The notes below the pieces were generated by a model. The model was not told the origin of the DNA and made no database searches. It saw only the letters and a program-made list of their open reading frames with translations. Source: an uncultured Verrucomicrobiae bacterium (GTDB taxonomy: Bacteria > Verrucomicrobiota > Verrucomicrobiia > Chthoniobacterales > UBA10450). Taken from it: DNA of 64,000 nt. How positions within the stretch are numbered: position 1 is the first letter of the stretch; each line of letters begins with the position of its first letter. Location: contig CAVWPA010000002.1 in NCBI GenBank assembly GCA_963756875.1, forward strand, positions 1 through 64,000, in the 5' to 3' direction. The position numbers were made by a program, and so were the translations under genes. This document shows, piece by piece, positions 57,964-64,000 of the stretch.

Positions 57964-59895
57964 TCATTTATAGCTCCGTTGCGTTAAGTGCACGGTTTCA
58001 AAGTGGAGCGGCTCGCGGTGCAGCTTTGGCGGCGCGATCTGCCCGTTGCTTCTTTGAAATTCCCAGGCGAAAACGGATGCGAAATTTTCGTCGTCTCGCA
58101 GCGCTTCCCCCTCCGGTGTTTGATGTTCTTCACGAAAATGCGCGCCGCATGATTCGTCGCGGGCAAGGGCATCCATGCATATCAGTTCGGCGAACTCGAG
58201 AAAATCCGCCACTCGACCGGCGCGTTCGAGCGCTTGATTAAAGTCTTTCTCATCTCCAGGGACGCGCACGTCGCGCCAGAACTTTTCCCGAAGTTGCGGA
58301 ATTGCTTGAAGCGCCTCCTGCAAGCCTTTTGCATTTCGCGCCATTCCGCATTTGTCCCAGAGAAGCGCTCCCAGCTCACGATGGATCGAATCGAGCGAAA
58401 CGTTGCCATTTACCCCAAGAAGCCGGTCGATCTTTGCGCGAACGTCGTTTTCGGCCTTTTGAAATTCCGGATGGTCGACTGCCGGGCGTTTGCCGGCCTG
58501 GCCGGCGAGGTAACTTGGGAGCGTGTAAGGCAAAATAAAATAGCCGTCGGCCAGGCCCTGCATCAGCGCGCTGGCACCAAGCCGGTTGGCGCCGTGATCG
58601 GAGAAATTCGCTTCGCCGATCACGAATAAACCGGGCACGTTGCTCATCAAATTGTAATCAACCCAAAGGCCGCCCATGGTGTAATGAACCGCCGGGTAAA
58701 TTCGCATCGGCACTTTATAGGCGTTCTCGCCGGTGATCTTCTCGTAAACTTCGAACAAATTACCGTAGCGTTCGCGGATCGTCTCCTCGCCGAGGCGTTT
58801 GATGGCATCAGCAAAATCGAGATAAACGCCACGGCCACCGGGCCCGACACCGCGTCCTTCATCGCAAACTTCCTTGGCGGCGCGCGATGAAATGTCGCGC
58901 GGCGAAAGATTTCCAAAGGTCGGATATTTTCGCTCCAGGTAATAATCGCGGTCCTTTTCCGGGATGTCGTTGGGCGGTTTGGCGCAATCTTCCTGGCGCT
59001 TCGGCACCCAGACGCGTCCGTCGTTGCGCAACGACTCGGACATGAGGGTCAGTTTCGATTGATATTCGCCGGAGTGTGGAATGCAGGTGGGATGAATCTG
59101 GGTTAAGCAGGGATCGGCGAAAAGCGCGCCCTTCTTATAGGCGCGGTAGGTTGCGGTGACGTTGCAGCCGCGCGCGTTGGTTGAAAGATAATACACATTA
59201 CCGTAACCGCCGGTCGCGAGCACGACTGCGTCCGCGGTGTGTCGCTCGATTTTTCCAGAGACCAGGTTGCGCGTGATAATTCCTTTGGCGTGTCCGTCGG
59301 CCACGACGAGGTCGAGCATTTCGGTTTGCGGAAACATCCGGACGGTGCCGGCGGAGATTTGCCGGCAGAGCGCCTGATAACAGCCGAGCAAAAGCTGCTG
59401 GCCGGTCTGTCCGCGCGCGTAAAATGTTCGCGACACCTGTGCGCCCCCAAACGAGCGATTGGCCAGCAAACCGCCGTACTCGCGCGCAAACGGCACGCCT
59501 TGCGCGACGCATTGGTCGATGATGTTCAGGCTGACTTCAGCGAGGCGATAAACGTTGGCTTCTCGCGAACGAAAGTCGCCCCCTTTGATTGTGTCGTAAA
59601 ACAGCCGGTAAACGCTATCGCCATCGTTCTGATAATTTTTGGCGGCATTGATTCCGCCCTGTGCGGCAATGGAATGCGCGCGGCGAGGCGAATCCTGGTA
59701 GCAAAAAGATTTCACCTGATAGCCCAGTTCACCGAGTGTCGCGGCCGCAGATCCGCCCGCCAGGCCGGTGCCGACGATGATGATCTCAAATTTTCGGCGG
59801 TTGTTTGGACCAACCAGCCGGGCATGGTCTTTCTGGTTTTTCCACTTTCCGCCGAGCGGTCCGGGCGGAATTCGCGCGTTGAAATCACCGATCAT
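57964..59895 (-). CDS. sdhA: Succinate dehydrogenase/fumarate reductase flavoprotein
   Basis: [36 protein letters not shown]. Confidence 0.95.
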   Translation of the reverse strand: MIGDFNARIPPGPLGGKWKNQKDHARLVGPNNRRKFEIIIVGTGLAGGSAAATLGELGYQVKSFCYQDSPRRAHSIAAQGGINAAKNYQNDGDSVYRLFYDTIKGGDFRSREANVYRLAEVSLNIIDQCVAQGVPFAREYGGLLANRSFGGAQVSRTFYARGQTGQQLLLGCYQALCRQISAGTVRMFPQTEMLDLVVADGHAKGIITRNLVSGKIERHTADAVVLATGGYGNVYYLSTNARGCNVTATYRAYKKGALFADPCLTQIHPTCIPHSGEYQSKLTLMSESLRNDGRVWVPKRQEDCAKPPNDIPEKDRDYYLERKYPTFGNLSPRDISSRAAKEVCDEGRGVGPGGRGVYLDFADAIKRLGEETIRERYGNLFEVYEKITGENAYKVPMRIYPAVHYTMGGLWVDYNLMSNVPGLFVIGEANFSDHGANRLGASALMQGLADGYFILPYTLPSYLAGQAGKRPAVDHPEFQKAENDVRAKIDRLLGVNGNVSLDSIHRELGALLWDKCGMARNAKGLQEALQAIPQLREKFWRDVRVPGDEKDFNQALERAGRVADFLEFAELICMDALARDESCGAHFREEHQTPEGEALRDDENFASVFAWEFQRSNGQIAPPKLHREPLHFETVHLTQRSYK

Positions 59896-60587
59896 AGTTT
59901 TTGCGCCGGTTGGATCAGACCAACAAGAATCACCACAGGGATCGACGTGTATCCGATGAAAAGCAGCCAGGCGAAAATGCGAGCGCCAGTCTCCAGGCGT
60001 GGCGTCATTTTCCTGTCGTTCAGTCCCAGCGATTGAAAAAAGCTCGACGCCCCGTGGCTCAAATGCAGCGCGAGCAGAAATAATCCAAGGATATAAAAAC
60101 CGGACACGTAATAATTTTGGAACCCGTAAACCATCATCGAATAAACGTCATAACGACCGAGCGAATCGGGTTTGAGCAGAGCGAAACGCGGGTCGGTTAC
60201 GCGGACGGTGAAATGGGCGAGATGATAAACGATAAATGCGAGGACGATCAGCCCGCTCATGACCATATGACGCGACGCGAACGTGGCCTTTACATTTTCC
60301 TTCTCTACATATGCCGCCGGACGGGCGCGTCGATTCTGGATCGCCAACTGGATGGTGACATAAATGTGGATGACCACCGTGCAAAGCATGAAGGCGCGAA
60401 TCAGCCAGAGAATGGGGCCGAGGTCGTGCAGATGTTGCGAGTAGCCATTGATCCAGGCCGGTCCGAGGTAAATCTGCAGATTGCCTAACAAATGGCCAAT
60501 GACGAACAGGATCAGAATGATGCCGGTAATCGCGACGATCATTTTTTTCCCGATCGAGGAATGATAAAAAGCAAAGATACCGTTCAC
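59892..60587 (-). CDS. sdhC: Succinate dehydrogenase cytochrome b subunit
   Basis: [31 protein letters not shown]. Confidence 0.92.
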   Translation of the reverse strand: MNGIFAFYHSSIGKKMIVAITGIILILFVIGHLLGNLQIYLGPAWINGYSQHLHDLGPILWLIRAFMLCTVVIHIYVTIQLAIQNRRARPAAYVEKENVKATFASRHMVMSGLIVLAFIVYHLAHFTVRVTDPRFALLKPDSLGRYDVYSMMVYGFQNYYVSGFYILGLFLLALHLSHGASSFFQSLGLNDRKMTPRLETGARIFAWLLFIGYTSIPVVILVGLIQPAQKL

Positions 60588-60772
60588 AGATTGGGTGCCA
60601 CGTGATGTCGCGACTAATTTGAGATTATAAGTGCGGGTTGAGGCGTCAAGCTCCCGTAGTCGCCCCAGCCAACCAGTGTTTGCCCGCGAATCACGCGAAT
60701 TACACGAATAAGTGAAGCATCTGGCAGGAGAGACAATTGGCGTCAATTCGCGGGTTTCGCGGGCCTTTTCTC

Positions 60773-61339
60773 TTATCTGCTGCCCGGTTTGACGACGGGA
60801 ATCTTTTCAAGGTCAGGCGGTAATTTATCTGCCGCAAATGTTTCCACATCCATCTCAACCAGACTGACGAACGGGCACCCAAAATTCGGTTTTGTCTTGC
60901 CGCTCCGATCCACGATCACACTGGCTGCTGCCACAATTCCTCCACGACTGCGTACGATATCGATTGTTTCCTGGACGCGGCCGCCGCGTGTTACGACATC
61001 TTCGACAACGACGAATTTTTCGCCGTTGCCGATCTGAAACCCGCGTCTGAGGACAAGTTTGCCCTCTTCTTTTTCGGCAAAGATGTGACGTTTGCCCAGA
61101 GAACGCGCCACTTCCTGGCCGACAACGATCCCGCCAAGGGCAGGGGAGATGACGGCGTCGCAATCAAAGCCGCGCAGTTTATCAGCGAGCATGTTGCAAA
61201 CGCGCGATGCGATGTCGGTGTACTGAAGAAGGAGCGCACATTGAAAATATTGGCGGCTGTGGAGACCGGAGCGCAAAACGAAATGGCCGTCGAGCAACGC
61301 TCCGGTCTCGCGGAACAAGGCGGGTAGATCTTCGCTCAT
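60773..61339 (-). CDS. pyrE: Orotate phosphoribosyltransferase
   Basis: GHFVLRSGLHS, VVEDVVTRGG PRPP motif. Confidence 0.95.
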   Translation of the reverse strand: MSEDLPALFRETGALLDGHFVLRSGLHSRQYFQCALLLQYTDIASRVCNMLADKLRGFDCDAVISPALGGIVVGQEVARSLGKRHIFAEKEEGKLVLRRGFQIGNGEKFVVVEDVVTRGGRVQETIDIVRSRGGIVAAASVIVDRSGKTKPNFGCPFVSLVEMDVETFAADKLPPDLEKIPVVKPGSR

Positions 61340-61341
61340 CC

Positions 61342-61486
61342 GGGGAGCGCACGCGCCCCCGCGTGCTGGCGATGGCGCCTCCGCCATCGCGAACTTTTTT
61401 GGATTGTGCACGTTAGTAAGTATGAAGATGCTCCGGGCGTTCCGGCGATGGCGCCGAAACGTGCACGCGAGGCGCGTGCGCTCCCC
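61342..61486. repeat. REPIN-like element between ridA and pyrE
   Basis: GGGGAGCGCACGCGCCCCCGCGTGC ... GCACGCGAGGCGCGTGCGCTCCCC. Confidence 0.88.
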
Positions 61487-61519
61487 AGAAGCAGAAATCG
61501 CGTGCGAGCCATGACAATT

Positions 61520-61942
61520 TTAACCCGACGTGTCGTAAGCCGTCTGTCCGCCCGGCCCGCCATCATCAGCGACGGCGATTGCGTCGATCTCGATGCGCGC
61601 TCCTTTTGGCAAACCGGCAACCTGCACGGTCGAGCGCGCGGGCGGCGCTTGTTTGAAATAAGAAGCGTAGGCCTTGTTCATAGTTTCAAAATCGGCGAGG
61701 TCAGCCAGGAAAACCGTGGTCTTGACGATATGCTCAAATGTCAGGCCCTCCGCGCTCAAGACCGCCGTGATGTTGTCGAGAACACGCCGGGTTTGCGCGG
61801 AAATGTCCCCGGAAACGATTTTGCCGGTTTTTGGGTCGAGAGGAATTTGCCCCGCGCAGTAGATGGTCGATCCCGCGCGGACGGCTTGCGAGTATGGTCC
61901 AAGGGCGCCGGGCGCGTCGGTCGTGGAAATAATTTTCTTCAT
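61520..61942 (-). CDS. ridA: RidA family reactive intermediate deaminase
   Basis: APGALGPYSQAV, GQIPLDP, VKTTVFL, PARSTVQV. Confidence 0.92.
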   Translation of the reverse strand: MKKIISTTDAPGALGPYSQAVRAGSTIYCAGQIPLDPKTGKIVSGDISAQTRRVLDNITAVLSAEGLTFEHIVKTTVFLADLADFETMNKAYASYFKQAPPARSTVQVAGLPKGARIEIDAIAVADDGGPGGQTAYDTSG

Positions 61943-62110
61943 CCGGCGATACTAGCAGTTGGTTGCATTTTTCCAATAGTTGGCGATATCTCCCATTCTT
62001 CGTCCGGTCGGCAGCCATCAAGCTGTGGCGCGGAAGCGGCTCTGCTCGACCCGACAAAGGGGGAGAGGCCGAATGACAAATGACCGAATCTCGGCGATAT
62101 TAAGAACGAA

Positions 62111-64000
62111 ATGGTTGGCTGGATTTTAAAGAAAATTCTCGGGTCGAAGAACCAGCGAGAGCTGAAGCGGCTCATGCCCATCGTGCGCCAAATCAACGAG
62201 TTGGACGAGCAGTTGAAGAGCTTGTCCGACGATGCCCTGCGCGCGAAAACGGTTACATGGAAGGAAGAATTCGCGAAAATCCCCGATAGCGAAGGTCAAT
62301 GGAAGCGGATGGAAGAAACTCTGCCGGAAGCGTTCGCGGTGGTAAAAAGCGCGGCCCGGCGCTTGAAAGAGCGGAAGCACAGTTTCACCGCGTGCGATCA
62401 GCCGATGACCTGGGACATGGTGCATTTCGATGTGCAATTGCTGGGCGGGGTTGTTTTGCATCGCGGACGGATCGCGGAGATGGCGACGGGCGAAGGCAAG
62501 ACCCTTGTCGCGACTTTGCCGCTGTACCTCAACGCACTCACCGGTCGCGGTGCGCATCTGGTTACGGTGAACGATTATCTGGCGCGACGCGACGCCGAGT
62601 GGATGGGCCAGCTCTACAATTTTCTCGGGCTGACGGTCGGCTGTATTCAGCACGATCAGGAACCGAGCGTGCGTCGTGAACAGTATGCATGCGACATCAC
62701 TTACGGCACGAACAGCGAATTCGGCTTCGATTACCTGCGCGACAACGGCATGGCCACGACGCGCGACCAACAGGTGCAGCGCGGCTATCATTACGCGATT
62801 GTCGATGAAGTCGATTCCATCCTGATCGACGAAGCGCGCACTCCGCTCATCATCAGCGGTCCGGCCACGATCTCTACCCATCAGTACCGACAAGTGGAAA
62901 CCGCTCATCGAGCAGCTCGTTCGCAAGCAGAACATGCTTTGCAATCGGCTGGCCAGCGAGGCACTGGAGAAATTTGAGCAGCAGGATTTCGAGATAGGCG
63001 GGCGGCTCATGTTCAAGGTGAAGCTTGGTCAACCTCGCAACAAGCAGCTGCTGCGAATGATGGAAGATCCGGACAAGCGCCGGGCCATCGATAAAGCCGA
63101 GCTCTCGTTTTATGCGGACAGTCGCAAAGAGGAACTGTTCGCGCTAAAAGAGGAACTCTTCTTCACCATCGACGAAAAATCGAACGAGTCCGATCTTTCC
63201 GAGCAGGGCCGCGTTTTTCTGAATCCGGACGACCCGAACGCGTTCGTTCTTCCCGACTTGATCAACGAATTCACGGAGATCGATCTCGACCAATCGCTGT
63301 CGGACGAAGAGAGGGACCGCAGGAAAACGGAGCGGCAGGAGCATTGCGACCAGCAGGCCGAGCGCATCCATAACATTTCGCAGTTACTGCGCGCTTACTG
63401 TTTGTTCGAGAAGGACGTGCAGTACGTCGTCGAGGACAACAAGGTTATGATCGTCGACGAATTCACCGGCCGCAAAATGCCGGGGCGGCGTTGGAGCGAC
63501 GGTTTGCATCAGGCGGTCGAGGCAAAGGAGGGGGTTCAGATCGATCGCGAGACGCAAACGCTGGCCACGATTACGATTCAGAATTATTTCCGGCTTTATG
63601 AAAAACTTTCTGGCATGACCGGCACGGCCGAGACCGAAGCGGCCGAGTTTCACGATATTTACAAGCTCGACGTGAACGTCGTGCCGACGAACCGGCCGGT
63701 GCAGAGGAAAGATTCCAACGATCGCATCTACAAAACGCGGCGTGAGAAATACAACGCCGTGATCAACGAGATCAGAGACAATCACGCCAAACAGCAGCCG
63801 GTGCTGGTCGGCACGGTTAGCGTGGAAGCGTCGGAGTTACTGAGCCGCATGCTCAAGCGCGAAAAAATTCCGCACAACGTGTTGAACGCGAAATATCACG
63901 CGCAGGAGGCGGAGATTGTGGCACGCGCCGGCCAACCGGGAACGGTCACGATTTCAACCAACATGGCCGGCCGTGGCACCGACATTAAACTTGGCTCTGG
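62111..64000 (+). CDS. secA: Preprotein translocase SecA (3'-partial; +1 frameshift near 62887)
   Basis: [39 protein letters not shown]; continues in another frame with [27 protein letters not shown]. Confidence 0.96.

Overview
GC-rich bacterial chromosomal segment whose gene content (PEP-CTERM protein, autotransporter style, EPS export genes) suggests a Verrucomicrobia/Chthoniobacterales-like soil bacterium (inference). Layout: (1) 1-19.1 kb exopolysaccharide locus (glycosyltransferases, methyltransferase, priming sugar transferase, Wzc, Wza, beta-barrel, O-antigen ligase-like) interrupted by a repeat-punctuated toxin-antitoxin array and a GxxExxY gene; (2) PAS kinase/NarL-type regulator, tRNA-Glu, tRNA-Pro; (3) metH, a 98-bp tandem array, MFS, MOSC, kynureninase, autotransporter, RidA, TIR protein, BrnT/A, aldehyde dehydrogenase; (4) tRNA-Ser plus a small accessory islet; (5) housekeeping genes moeA, marR, tolC, pgeF, lpxA, radC, polyprenyl synthase, lipoate ligase, pyrF, ispE, sdhCAB, pyrE, ridA, secA (partial). 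The most striking feature is a REP-associated tyrosine (HUH/Y1) transposase domain, bounded by perfect 26-bp inverted repeats, translated in frame inside methionine synthase; non-autonomous copies of the same element are scattered across the window, one also in frame in metH. Several families of short palindromic and 7/9-mer repeats nest inside one another and supply protein segments, start codons and stop codons. Many frameshifts, including one in essential secA, are probably long-read sequencing errors.
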